Virus record (IMG/VR): IMGVR_UViG_3300042539_001868
Span: 1 to 62,195 of that record
Length of the DNA: 62,195 nt
Source: a virus
Taxonomy: Duplodnaviria; Caudoviricetes
Strand: one strand, 5' to 3'
Part shown: one piece after another, positions 46,842 to 57,114 of the stretch
How positions within the stretch are numbered: the first letter of the stretch is position 1
Layout: every line of letters starts with the position of its first letter
The notes under the pieces: generated by a model
Databases searched by the model: none
Told to the model about the DNA's origin: nothing
What the model saw: the letters and a program-made list of their open reading frames with translations, nothing else
Position numbers and translations under genes: made by a program

Positions 46842-49800
46842 ATGCAATTAATAACGATTACTGGCGCAACAGGTGTCGGACCTTATAACATATATGTTTG
46901 TGACATCACACTAACCACATGCGTTCAAGTTGCAAGTTCAACCCCAATACCCCCAAGTTACAGTTTTTACTTACCTAATGTATTTGTTGGTGTTAATCAA
47001 GTCATCGTAAAGTTATTAGATTTAAGTGATGGGTGTGAATATTTCAACATCTATTATTGTAACTTTCCAAGTAATACTCCTACAATTACACCAACAGTTA
47101 CTCCAACAATGGATGTTAATTGTAATTGTTTAATTTTCAACAATACATCTTCATCAATACAAAATATTAGTTACACACAGTGTGACGGTAATGTTTTCTA
47201 TGGAACAATCGCAGGTCTTACAACATTATACGTCTGTGGTAAATTACCATCAACGGATGACCCAAGTGTAACAATATCTATTACAAAACCTTGTGTAGAT
47301 GGTTCTTGTCCTCCACCAACACCGACAATTACAACAACTCCAACTGTTACACCTACAAATACATTTACTAACACTACAACACCTACAATAACTCCAACGG
47401 TTTCAATACCATCATTAAATTTATTTTTCCAAGAATGTTGTGACCCAACCAAAACTTTTATAGTTACAGGAATTCCTGGTTATTTAGTATTTCCAATCGG
47501 AAGTGTTCACTATATTCAAACACCAAGTTATTCGGCCTGTTCAGAGGTGATAAACCCAACTTTTGTAAGTGCGGTTTATCCTTACTCATCATCATTATTT
47601 CACTCAGATTGTATTTCTTGTGTGGCAACACATTTATGTCCTTCACCAACACCAACTGTTACCCCAACAACCACCCCAACCCCTGTAACTCCAACAGTTA
47701 CACCTACAATTACAACTACCCCTGTAACTCCAACAGTAACCCCAACTAACACGGTAACACCAACTATTACTGTAACACAAACACGACCAAAAGTAATTTA
47801 TTTAGTTAAACAATGTTGTCCATCAACACCACCTCCTACGTCAACACCAACAGTTACACCTACTAGAAACTCAACAATATACAAAGTTAGAAAATGTTGT
47901 CCAAACGCAATTTATCGAGTGAAGAGATGTTGTCCTTCAACACCACCTCCTACACCAACTCCAACCGTAACACCAACAAGAAACTCAACAATTTATCGAG
48001 TAAAGAAATGTTGTTCTGAGCCAGCTCCTACACCAACCGTAACCGCAACTAACACTCCTACAAGAACTCCAACCAGTACCCTTGTTACCGCAACTCCAAC
48101 TATCACTCCGACAAATACTGTTACACCTACCGTAACACCAACGAATAATTTTACAATAATGACGTTGAGGTCGTGTTGTTTATCACCAGCACCTACCCCG
48201 TCCCCAACAACTACAAACACTCCAACTATAACACCAACAAATACCGTCACTCCAACATCACCGTTGAAAAATGTTTTCTTCCGTGATTGTTGTGATGAAA
48301 CAAATTTATTTTTATTACAAGGAGTTCCTCCTTTTTATTCGACATCAAGTGGTGATACCTACATTGTAGGTAGTTCGGGATTCAATGGTTGTGCAACTGT
48401 AATTCCTCCAACGTCTGTATTAAATGTTTATACGTATACATCATTATCAGCCTCTACGGATTGTAACACTTGTATTGAAACTCAGCCTTGTCCTACACCG
48501 ACTGTGACTCCAACAACAACAGCCACTCCAACAACAACTCCAACTGTTACACCAACTGTGACAATTACAATAACTAACACTCCTACAGTTACACCGACTA
48601 ATACCGTAACACCTACTATAACTGTAACTCCTACTAATTGGACTGTAAGAGAAGCCATTCCTTGTTGTTTATGTAATGGTTTACCTATTCAGTATGTTAG
48701 CGCTCCGATTACTTTATCAGGGGGTATTGTGTTTTTAGGTAGTGATGGTCAGTGTTATCAATTAGGTGACCCTATCAATACATCACCCACAATTACTTAT
48801 GTAAACGGTGGATATGGATTTAGTTGTGAGGCATGTTTCAATGATTGTTTGGGAACTGGTACAACACATCCTTGTCCTACTTCTACTGTAACACCTACTG
48901 TTACTCCTACAATCACACCGACTCCAACTAAAAACTTCACAATAATGACTTTAAGGTCTTGTTGTTTATCTCCAATACCAAGTCCAACAACAACCCCTAC
49001 AATCACGCCAACTATCACAACAACTCAAGTAACACAAACTCCGACACCTACCAATACATCAACACCTGTCACTCAAACTCCGACTCCAACTAACACGTCT
49101 ACACCTGTAACTCAAACTCCAACCCCTACTGTTACTGTAACACCTACTGACAACTTTACAGTTATGACTTTGAGAAGTTGTTGTTTAACTCCTTTACCAA
49201 GTCCAACACCAACAAATACTGTTACTCCTACAATTACTGTAACACCAACAAATTGGTTAGTTAGAGAAGCAATTCCTTGTTGTATTTGTAACGGTCTTCC
49301 TATTCAATATGTTAACGCACCGACAACATTGGCGATTGGTTTAGTTTTCTTAGGTAGTGATGGTCAATGTTATCAACTAGGTAATCCTGTTTATCAAATA
49401 CCTACAATAACTTATGTGAATGGTGGATATGGTTTCAGTTGTGACGCTTGTATATCTGATTGTATTGGAATGGGTATGCCTCATCCTTGTCCTACTTCTA
49501 CCATAACACCAACCCCAACTAATACTCCTACAATATCTGTAACACCTACAATTACTCCGACTAATACCCCAACAATTACACCAACTCCAACTAAAAACTT
49601 TACAATAATGACTTTAAGAAGTTGTTGTTTATTCCCTATTCCAAGTCCTACACCAACAGTTACTCCAACTCAAGTAACTCAAACACCAACTCCGACTAAT
49701 ACCGTAACCCCAAGTATTACTCCAACTATAACTACAACTCCGGTAACACAAACTCCAACACCGACTAACACCGTTACTCCAACAATCACACCTACACCAA

Positions 49801-50366
49801 CTAAAAACTTTACAATAATGACTTTAAGAAGTTGTTGTTTGTTCCCTATTCCAACTCCTACTCCTACTCCATCAATAACCCCTACCATTACAACAAGCCC
49901 TGTAACTCCTACAGTCACTCCGACAAATACTTCTACACCTGTTACTCAAACACCTACGCCTTCAGTAACCTCAACCCCTGTAACTCAAACACCTACTCAA
50001 ACAGTTACTCCAACTCCTACAATTAACTTTACTATAATGACTTTAAGAAGTTGTTGTTTGAATCCTATTCCTACACCAACTGTCACTCCGACAATTACTC
50101 CAAGTTCAGTGACTCCAACTCCAACAATAACGCCAACAATTACTCCGACAATAAACTTTACAATTATGACATTACAATCTTGTTGTTTAGTTCCCGCTCC
50201 AACACCAACGAATACAGTAACCCCTACTATAACCGTAAGTCAGTCTGTAACTCCAACACCATCGGTTACACAAACACCTACCCCATCACAATTGGTGTAT
50301 AAACAGTTTCAAGATTTAAGTTTCTTTGAATTTATGGACAACGTTCCTTACAACTTCCAAAATTAA
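46842..50366 (+). CDS. Mucin-like Pro/Thr-rich fibre/scaffold protein with Cys domains and 11 orphan strand-CC peptides
   Basis: Probable start ATG 46842; N-terminal ~73-aa domain, TPT repeats, four complete 6-Cys-type domains, 7x NFT(I/V)MTL(R/Q)SCC, 4x IYxV(K/R)xCC; C-terminal KQFQD..F.FMD..Y.FQ motif. Confidence 0.8.
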   Translation: MQLITITGATGVGPYNIYVCDITLTTCVQVASSTPIPPSYSFYLPNVFVGVNQVIVKLLDLSDGCEYFNIYYCNFPSNTPTITPTVTPTMDVNCNCLIFNNTSSSIQNISYTQCDGNVFYGTIAGLTTLYVCGKLPSTDDPSVTISITKPCVDGSCPPPTPTITTTPTVTPTNTFTNTTTPTITPTVSIPSLNLFFQECCDPTKTFIVTGIPGYLVFPIGSVHYIQTPSYSACSEVINPTFVSAVYPYSSSLFHSDCISCVATHLCPSPTPTVTPTTTPTPVTPTVTPTITTTPVTPTVTPTNTVTPTITVTQTRPKVIYLVKQCCPSTPPPTSTPTVTPTRNSTIYKVRKCCPNAIYRVKRCCPSTPPPTPTPTVTPTRNSTIYRVKKCCSEPAPTPTVTATNTPTRTPTSTLVTATPTITPTNTVTPTVTPTNNFTIMTLRSCCLSPAPTPSPTTTNTPTITPTNTVTPTSPLKNVFFRDCCDETNLFLLQGVPPFYSTSSGDTYIVGSSGFNGCATVIPPTSVLNVYTYTSLSASTDCNTCIETQPCPTPTVTPTTTATPTTTPTVTPTVTITITNTPTVTPTNTVTPTITVTPTNWTVREAIPCCLCNGLPIQYVSAPITLSGGIVFLGSDGQCYQLGDPINTSPTITYVNGGYGFSCEACFNDCLGTGTTHPCPTSTVTPTVTPTITPTPTKNFTIMTLRSCCLSPIPSPTTTPTITPTITTTQVTQTPTPTNTSTPVTQTPTPTNTSTPVTQTPTPTVTVTPTDNFTVMTLRSCCLTPLPSPTPTNTVTPTITVTPTNWLVREAIPCCICNGLPIQYVNAPTTLAIGLVFLGSDGQCYQLGNPVYQIPTITYVNGGYGFSCDACISDCIGMGMPHPCPTSTITPTPTNTPTISVTPTITPTNTPTITPTPTKNFTIMTLRSCCLFPIPSPTPTVTPTQVTQTPTPTNTVTPSITPTITTTPVTQTPTPTNTVTPTITPTPTKNFTIMTLRSCCLFPIPTPTPTPSITPTITTSPVTPTVTPTNTSTPVTQTPTPSVTSTPVTQTPTQTVTPTPTINFTIMTLRSCCLNPIPTPTVTPTITPSSVTPTPTITPTITPTINFTIMTLQSCCLVPAPTPTNTVTPTITVSQSVTPTPSVTQTPTPSQLVYKQFQDLSFFEFMDNVPYNFQN
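48147..50186 (+). repeat. Seven dispersed 33-bp coding repeats (NFTIMTLRSCC)
   Basis: Copies start at 48147, 48933, 49152, 49596, 49806, 50025 and 50154; copies 4 and 5 share an identical ~44-bp DNA stretch. Confidence 0.9.
48636..49490 (+). repeat. Duplicated 80-aa Cys domain (NWxVREAIPCC...HPC)
   Basis: Copies at 48636-48875 and 49251-49490. Confidence 0.85.
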
Positions 50367-50429
50367 AAGTCAAGGTATTCAGAAAAATTTAAAACGACTT
50401 ATATTTATGATTAAAAAGAATAAAATAAT

Positions 50430-53123
50430 ATGGCTTGTAATAACCAATATATTGTAGAAGATTGTTGTAACTCATCCAACAGTTTTAGAGTGGGCGACAT
50501 TTGTATTGCCGGATTAAATGATGGGGATATTTTTTATACTGAATGTTCAGGATTAACTACAGGTTCAACAAGTTTTACTTTTAGTGGATGTGTTATAGTT
50601 AATAGTTTAGCCTCAGTTTTGGCCAATGCCGCGGACACATTCAGTGCGTTAACCTCGTATACGGCGTGTACTGATTGTCAAACTGCGATAAGTGGTACTC
50701 CTTGTCCAACCCCAACACAAACGGTTACTCCAACTCCAACAACTACAAATACAAGTGGTTTAATATATCTAACCGCTCAAATGTCATTACCCGCTAACTT
50801 AACGGTTGGTATGGTAGTAACAGACTCGAGTGGAAATTGTTGGGAAATTATTGCAACAACAGGTACTACACCAACAATTACTTGGGGTAATCAAATTTTC
50901 CCTGTTGGTGGATGCGCGTCTTGTTTAACGGTAAACCCTTGTCCTACATTAACTCCAACCGTAACACCTACTAATACTCCTACTAATACAGTTACACCTA
51001 CAGTAACACCAACATCATTAGGTTGTCAGGCTTACAATATTCAAGTTAATACAGGAATCAGTGGTTGTACATTTACTTATACAGATTGTAGTGGGGCGAC
51101 ACAAACTGTAACAATTACAAGCGGAATGTCAAATACGGTTTGTGCTTTATTACCACCAACAACAAGTTGTGGAGCATCAGCATACACTATAACAAACATT
51201 GGTAATTGTTGTCAATCTTATCAAATACAAGTAGGTTCAGGAGTAAGCGGTTGTACGTTTAGTTATGTAGATTGTAGTGGAGTTACACAAAATGTTACAA
51301 TCACAAGTGGTAATACAAATATACTTTGTTCATTAACAACACCAACAACAAGTTGTGGTGCATCTGCGTACACAATGACAAACCAAGGATTCTGTTGTCA
51401 AACATATAATATTAATGTTAATTCAAATGTTACAGGATGTACTTTCAGTTATATCAATTGTAGCGGATTTAACCAAACTGTTACAGTATTAAGCGGTTTA
51501 CCACTATCTGTATGTTCTATTATAACACCAACCACAAGTTGTCCGTCATCGGCATATACTATGACAATGTTAGGTAGTTGTTGCTCATATTACAATTTAT
51601 CTGTTGTTGATAGTTCATGTACATTCAATTACATAGATTGTAGCGGAAATAGTCAATCAGTAGTTGTAACAAGTACTGGTTCAACTAATGTTTGTTCATT
51701 GGTCACACCTACAACAAGTTGTAATCCAACAGGATATACAATAACAAGTGCGTCAACATGTAATCCTTGTATTACTTATACTTTAACTAATAATAATTTA
51801 TCACCTTATACGTTTAATTACACTGATTGTAGTGGAGTTACTCAATCGATAACTCTTTCTGGTACAGGAGGAAATGGTGTCATTTGTACCATATCACCAC
51901 CACCTGTTATAAGTGGTGTGACAGTTGTAGCTTCAGGTAATTGTAATCCTTCGACTTGTTATTATGTATCTGTACAAGCGGGCGCAACATACGAGTGTTA
52001 TATTGATTATGATGACCCTATTTCAGGATTCACCACTATTGTAATACCTTCCGCAACTACTGTTAATGTTTGTTCAACAAGTTTACCGGTCGTTTCGGCA
52101 ATATCGGCGGTTTGTTCACCAAGCGATGTAGTGATTATAGCGGGAAGTGCCTGTACTTCTAATGTTAATTCTTTAGGTTATACGTGGGATTGTCCTACAG
52201 TACAATGTAAATGTTGGGATATATACATCGAAGCTCCGACAAATTGTACCGTACCTTATGTTGATTGTGATGGAATAATTCAGTTTTACGCACTCAGTGG
52301 TGGTACAACAGGAAACACAGTTTGTTCTCCTTATCAACCTAATTTAACAAGTTGTGGTGTTACCTATACCGCAACAACTAGTGGAGATTGTGCCGTAGCT
52401 ATTAGTGGACTTTACGAATGTGTACCTTGTACTACAGAGTGTCTTACATTAGGATATGATGAACTTTCAGGTACAATTCAATATTATGATTTGACCGCAA
52501 ATACCTCAACCGTTATTGTAACTTCACTTATTGTTGATGACATTGCCAGTACAAGTAGTTATATTTGGGGTTTCGCAGGTACAAACATATACGAATATCC
52601 GTGGGATAGTTGTCCGCTTTCATTCAGTGCTGCTAGTAGAACTATTACTATAACAGGTTTTACAGGTTCTGTATTAGGTTCAACATCAATTGGAGTTAAC
52701 AACAATCAATTAATATGTAGCGATGGTGGTTCAAACAATATTTATGAATTAGATATAACAACAACAACCGCAATCCAAACTTTAATTTTATCGGCGCCTG
52801 TTGGTAGAGAGTTTGTTAACGATATTTCATATTCGGCAACCGATAAATTATTAACAATTACAAGTGGGGCTAGCGGTTATTATATAACTCAATTTGATTA
52901 TAATACCGCGGTTCAAGAAGTTGATGTTCTTTGGTCGGCAGGTACAATACCATATTCGTTTATTTCGGAGTCTACTAATTTATATGTTGTTGACAACTTA
53001 GGTGATATTTATCAAATCCAAACTACAACACCATATACACAAACTTTTGTACAAACACCTTCATCTCCGTTTAAGTATACGGCACAATACTCAAGGATAT
53101 GTTTCCTTAATAACTTAACATGA
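50430..53123 (+). CDS. Cys-rich fibre/adhesin: 6-Cys domain, incomplete Cys domain, tandem YxDCSG repeats and C-terminal beta-propeller-like domain
   Basis: About seven repeats C..Y.I...GCTF.Y.DCSG..Q.VT...VC...PTTSC; C-terminal DDIA.T, I.ELDIT and ITQFDY...EVD motifs. Confidence 0.7.
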   Translation: MACNNQYIVEDCCNSSNSFRVGDICIAGLNDGDIFYTECSGLTTGSTSFTFSGCVIVNSLASVLANAADTFSALTSYTACTDCQTAISGTPCPTPTQTVTPTPTTTNTSGLIYLTAQMSLPANLTVGMVVTDSSGNCWEIIATTGTTPTITWGNQIFPVGGCASCLTVNPCPTLTPTVTPTNTPTNTVTPTVTPTSLGCQAYNIQVNTGISGCTFTYTDCSGATQTVTITSGMSNTVCALLPPTTSCGASAYTITNIGNCCQSYQIQVGSGVSGCTFSYVDCSGVTQNVTITSGNTNILCSLTTPTTSCGASAYTMTNQGFCCQTYNINVNSNVTGCTFSYINCSGFNQTVTVLSGLPLSVCSIITPTTSCPSSAYTMTMLGSCCSYYNLSVVDSSCTFNYIDCSGNSQSVVVTSTGSTNVCSLVTPTTSCNPTGYTITSASTCNPCITYTLTNNNLSPYTFNYTDCSGVTQSITLSGTGGNGVICTISPPPVISGVTVVASGNCNPSTCYYVSVQAGATYECYIDYDDPISGFTTIVIPSATTVNVCSTSLPVVSAISAVCSPSDVVIIAGSACTSNVNSLGYTWDCPTVQCKCWDIYIEAPTNCTVPYVDCDGIIQFYALSGGTTGNTVCSPYQPNLTSCGVTYTATTSGDCAVAISGLYECVPCTTECLTLGYDELSGTIQYYDLTANTSTVIVTSLIVDDIASTSSYIWGFAGTNIYEYPWDSCPLSFSAASRTITITGFTGSVLGSTSIGVNNNQLICSDGGSNNIYELDITTTTAIQTLILSAPVGREFVNDISYSATDKLLTITSGASGYYITQFDYNTAVQEVDVLWSAGTIPYSFISESTNLYVVDNLGDIYQIQTTTPYTQTFVQTPSSPFKYTAQYSRICFLNNLT

Positions 53124-53138
53124 TAAAAAATATTATAT

Positions 53139-54878
53139 ATGGTAGATTTAGATAATTGTGATGTAATTTATATATCGGGAAACGATATATATGGTTACGT
53201 ATATTCCTCAAATACGTCAACTTTGTTAAACGCATATTTTTCAGGGTTAACACCATCATTGATGGATGACATTGCTCATACCTCAACAAAATTTTGGCAA
53301 ATAAAAACAGGTGGAACAATTGATGAGTGGGATATCACATTATCTCCATTTGGGGCGACTTATAATAGAACAATCACAATACCGGTACCATACAACATTT
53401 ATGCGGCTCTATTTGCAATAGATAATACAACATTAATTTCGTATGATTCAAATAGTTTACAAATTGTTGAGTTAGATATCACAGGTTTAGTTGCAACAGT
53501 TACACCAAAATTTTCAGCTCCTTTAGGTAGGTCTTTTGCAATTCAAGACATAACCTACACAACAACGGGAAAATTAATATGTCCAACATTTTTAGGTGGT
53601 CAATATTATATTTCTCAGTTTGATTATGTAACTGGTTTATTAGAAGTTGACGTACCAATAACACCGACCATAAGTGGTCCGATGAATTTCTTTGTTGATA
53701 GTGGAAATTTTTACGTGATTAACTTTTCAGGTGCGGTATATAACATTGGTTTATCTTCACCTTACCCAATTACTTTCACACAAAACACGGGATACCCAAC
53801 CAAGGGAGCGTCTCAAATTGCAAGTTGTGTAGATGTAGTTTTTTCTCCGCCACCTACACCAACAATAACACCTACTAATACCATAACACCAACTCCAACT
53901 GTGACTCCCGGTTTATATTATGCCGAAGGAAATATTTTATTACCCGTAGGTTTACCACCCGGAACTGTTGTTGTAGATACTAATGGTAATTGTTGGGAGA
54001 TTATCGTTGAATCGGGAACAACAACCAACTTAACTTGGAATGGTGAAATATATCCAAGTGGTTGTACAGACTGTTTAGCCGTACATCCTTGTACTACCCC
54101 AACACTTACACCTACAAATACCGTAACTCCAACACCAACAAGTGAACCTTTATGTGTTTCTAGTGGTGCGTGTGAACCATTTTTATGGGCTGGCTCAACC
54201 CCATATTTGTATGATTTTACGGCAAATACTACAACTAATTTATCACCTTATGTCCCATCTGGTTTTACTTCAGGAGAACCTATTGGAGTTTCTGAAAATT
54301 ATTTATTTACTTGGTCTGAAGGTTCCCAAGAATTATATCAATATCAAATAACATATTGTCCATTTTTGTTTTCAACAGTTTGTACATATAATTTAAGTGG
54401 ATATAGTTATAATTTATTAATGGCGACTATCAACGACAATACAGTATTGTTGGGTGGTGGTAATTATATTGACCAAATAGATTTAAATATCACCGCATGT
54501 ACCGCATCTGCAACAACAATATTTAATCCGGTTTCAACTTTCCCTGGTAGAATTGCAGACGCTGAGATGTTATACACCTCAACAGGTAAATTAATTTGTA
54601 TAACTGAAACATTTACAGGAAGTAGTTATTGGATTACTCAATACTCATATCCATCAGGTACTGTTGAAGTTGATATTGATATTACCGCAATTTGTAGTGC
54701 TAGTACACCTACCACAATGTTTGTACATAATTCTTTATTTTATCTTGGTATGTTGAACGGAGATATTTTCAATATCCAACTTACAAGTCCTTATACACAA
54801 ACTTATGTTCAAAGTTCAGGACAATTTACAATTAATTCAGGTCAATCTGCGACTTGTGCAAACGTGAATTTTACTTAA
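53139..54878 (+). CDS. Putative adhesin with two beta-propeller-like domains joined by PT linkers and an incomplete Cys domain
   Basis: Both halves resemble the C-terminal domain of 50430-53123 (Y.T.TGKLIC, I(S/T)Q(F/Y).Y..G..EVD, SPY). Confidence 0.65.
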   Translation: MVDLDNCDVIYISGNDIYGYVYSSNTSTLLNAYFSGLTPSLMDDIAHTSTKFWQIKTGGTIDEWDITLSPFGATYNRTITIPVPYNIYAALFAIDNTTLISYDSNSLQIVELDITGLVATVTPKFSAPLGRSFAIQDITYTTTGKLICPTFLGGQYYISQFDYVTGLLEVDVPITPTISGPMNFFVDSGNFYVINFSGAVYNIGLSSPYPITFTQNTGYPTKGASQIASCVDVVFSPPPTPTITPTNTITPTPTVTPGLYYAEGNILLPVGLPPGTVVVDTNGNCWEIIVESGTTTNLTWNGEIYPSGCTDCLAVHPCTTPTLTPTNTVTPTPTSEPLCVSSGACEPFLWAGSTPYLYDFTANTTTNLSPYVPSGFTSGEPIGVSENYLFTWSEGSQELYQYQITYCPFLFSTVCTYNLSGYSYNLLMATINDNTVLLGGGNYIDQIDLNITACTASATTIFNPVSTFPGRIADAEMLYTSTGKLICITETFTGSSYWITQYSYPSGTVEVDIDITAICSASTPTTMFVHNSLFYLGMLNGDIFNIQLTSPYTQTYVQSSGQFTINSGQSATCANVNFT

Positions 54879-54928
54879 TTTCTATTTATTAATAGTTAAA
54901 AATTTTTATTTTTCTTATAAAAAGAATT

Positions 54929-56173
54929 ATGAAAATTTTTATACAAATAGCCTCTTTCAGAGACCCACAACTTTCTTTAACTATTAAAAGTATGTTGGAA
55001 AATGCCAAGAAACCTAAAAACTTGGTTATTGGTATATGTAACCAATATAACAAAGATGATGAATTTAATATTGATGAATTCAGAAATGACAAAAGATTTA
55101 AAATTATAGACGTTTTGGATGTTGAATCCAAAGGAGTTTGTTGGGCTAGAAATCAAGTACAACAATTATACAAAGGAGAAGACTATACTCTTCAAATTGA
55201 TTCTCATATGAGGTTTGAAAAAGATTGGGATGATACTTTGATTAAGATGGTAAAACAACTTCAAGAAAAAGGATTTGAAAAACCTTTATTAACAGGTTAT
55301 GTATCATCATTCAATCCTGATAATGACCCCGCGGAAAGAGTTAAAGAACCTTGGAGAATGGCCTTTGATAGATTCATTCCTGAAGGTACGGTATTCTTTT
55401 TACCTGAAACAATTCCTAATTGGCAAAACTTAACTGAACCTATTCCCGCAAGATTTTATTCCGCCCATTTTGCATTCACTTTAGGTAAATTTAGTGAAGA
55501 GGTTCAACATGACCCTGAATTTTATTTTCATGGTGAGGAGATGTCAATTGCGGTTAGAGCCTATACACATGGGTATGATTTATTCCACCCACATAAAGTT
55601 GTTATTTGGCATGAATATACAAGAAAAGGAAGAATAAAACAATGGGATGTTGATAGAGATTGGGTAAATAAAAATAATTCATCACATAAAAAAAATAGAA
55701 AATTATTTGAAATGGATGGTGAAGTTAATGATATTAATTTTGGTAAGTACGGTTTTGGAACTGAAAGAACTTTACGTGATTATGAAATATATTCCGGTAT
55801 TCGTTTCCAAAAAAGAGCAGTACAACAATATACTTTAGATAAACAATATCCTCCAAATCCAACAATTTACAATTCTGAAGAAGAATGGGAAAATAGTTTT
55901 GCAAGTATATTCAAACATTGTATTGATATTAATTTCTCACAAGTACCTGAACAAGATTATGAGTATTGGGTGGTTGCTTTCCACAATGAAAAAGACGAAA
56001 CCATTTTTAGAAAAGATGCCGATAAAAATGAAATTGCTAATATGATGAGAGACCCTGATGGTTATTGTAAAGTATGGAGAGATTTTCAAACAACACATAA
56101 ACCAAAATATTGGGTTGTATGGCCTTATAGCACATCTAAAGGATGGTGTAATCGTTTAACAGGGAATTTGTAA
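54929..56173 (+). CDS. GT60/Gnt1-like polypeptide N-acetylglucosaminyltransferase
   Basis: IFIQIASFRD, GVCWAR, LQIDSHMRF..DWD (DxH), A.FAF, DP..YF.GEE...A.RAYT.GYD.F.P and WH.Y match the GlcNAc-transferase (GT60) family. Confidence 0.8.
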   Translation: MKIFIQIASFRDPQLSLTIKSMLENAKKPKNLVIGICNQYNKDDEFNIDEFRNDKRFKIIDVLDVESKGVCWARNQVQQLYKGEDYTLQIDSHMRFEKDWDDTLIKMVKQLQEKGFEKPLLTGYVSSFNPDNDPAERVKEPWRMAFDRFIPEGTVFFLPETIPNWQNLTEPIPARFYSAHFAFTLGKFSEEVQHDPEFYFHGEEMSIAVRAYTHGYDLFHPHKVVIWHEYTRKGRIKQWDVDRDWVNKNNSSHKKNRKLFEMDGEVNDINFGKYGFGTERTLRDYEIYSGIRFQKRAVQQYTLDKQYPPNPTIYNSEEEWENSFASIFKHCIDINFSQVPEQDYEYWVVAFHNEKDETIFRKDADKNEIANMMRDPDGYCKVWRDFQTTHKPKYWVVWPYSTSKGWCNRLTGNL

Positions 56174-56174
56174 T

Positions 56175-57110
56175 ATGAGAAAATTAGTTATACACCAACC
56201 TACAAATCATCAAAGTAGAAGATATAGGTATTATAATTATTTTTGGGATTTATTATGCGATGAATTATCTAAAAGACATGAAGTAATTACAAATAGATAT
56301 TCTAAAAACATTCATTTTGAAAGACAAACTGTTAGTCTTTTAGGTCATGACAACACAACGACAGACATATTAATGATGGAGTGTGAAATGATAATTCAAG
56401 ATATTGATACATTAGAAATTTATGTATTATCAGTATCCGATGATTTCTCACACGCTTCATTAGGATTGCAAGATAACCCAAATTTAAAAAAAGTTTTTAT
56501 ATCTCAATTTGATTCCCAAAGAGTTTATTCACACTTATCTAACAAGGATAATTTTTCAAAATACTCTCCTTGGATTTATTTCCCATCTAATATTTTCGAT
56601 ATTGAAAAGTATTATAATTTAAGAAAAGAAAAAACTTTAATTGATAAGTTTTATTTCAGAGGAACATCATTAGAAGATAGAAAAATTATAAATCATTTTG
56701 ATAGAACATATTTTGAAGGTGGTTTACCTATAGGTGGATTTGATAACTATGCAAGTGATTTAATTAATTATAAAGTTGCCTTATCAATTGCTGGTAGAGG
56801 TGAGTTTTGTTATAGAGATGTTGAAAACATGGGGATGGGAATACCTATGATTAGATTTGTATATAAAAATAGTATGTATCCAAGTTTAATACCTAACTAT
56901 CATTACATTGCGGTAAACAGACCAACTGACTTAGATTGGGATAGAATGGGTAACGAAGAACATTCTAAAATGATAACTAATAGATTTTTAGAAGTTAAAG
57001 ATGATATAAACTTTTTGGAATTTATATCCAATAACGCTAGAAACTATTATAATGATTATCTATCAACTCATAACAATGTGAGACACACAATTAAACTATT
57101 AGATTTATAA
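56175..57110 (+). CDS. GT90/CAP10-like glycosyltransferase
   Basis: FYFRG, YKVALSI.G.G..CYR..E, LIPNYHYI and L..I..NAR.YY motifs. Confidence 0.55.
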   Translation: MRKLVIHQPTNHQSRRYRYYNYFWDLLCDELSKRHEVITNRYSKNIHFERQTVSLLGHDNTTTDILMMECEMIIQDIDTLEIYVLSVSDDFSHASLGLQDNPNLKKVFISQFDSQRVYSHLSNKDNFSKYSPWIYFPSNIFDIEKYYNLRKEKTLIDKFYFRGTSLEDRKIINHFDRTYFEGGLPIGGFDNYASDLINYKVALSIAGRGEFCYRDVENMGMGIPMIRFVYKNSMYPSLIPNYHYIAVNRPTDLDWDRMGNEEHSKMITNRFLEVKDDINFLEFISNNARNYYNDYLSTHNNVRHTIKLLDL

Positions 57111-57114
57111 AATA

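Noticed and set aside
47790-50190. Dispersed repeats considered as a CRISPR array or DGR template/variable repeats
   Set aside because: The repeats are in-frame coding units with synonymous third-position changes and irregular PT-coding spacers. No cas gene or reverse transcriptase is present, and I saw no adenine-specific mismatch pattern.
53118-53141. In-frame junction between 50430-53123 and 53139 as possible readthrough
   Set aside because: TGA is followed immediately by TAA, a double stop.
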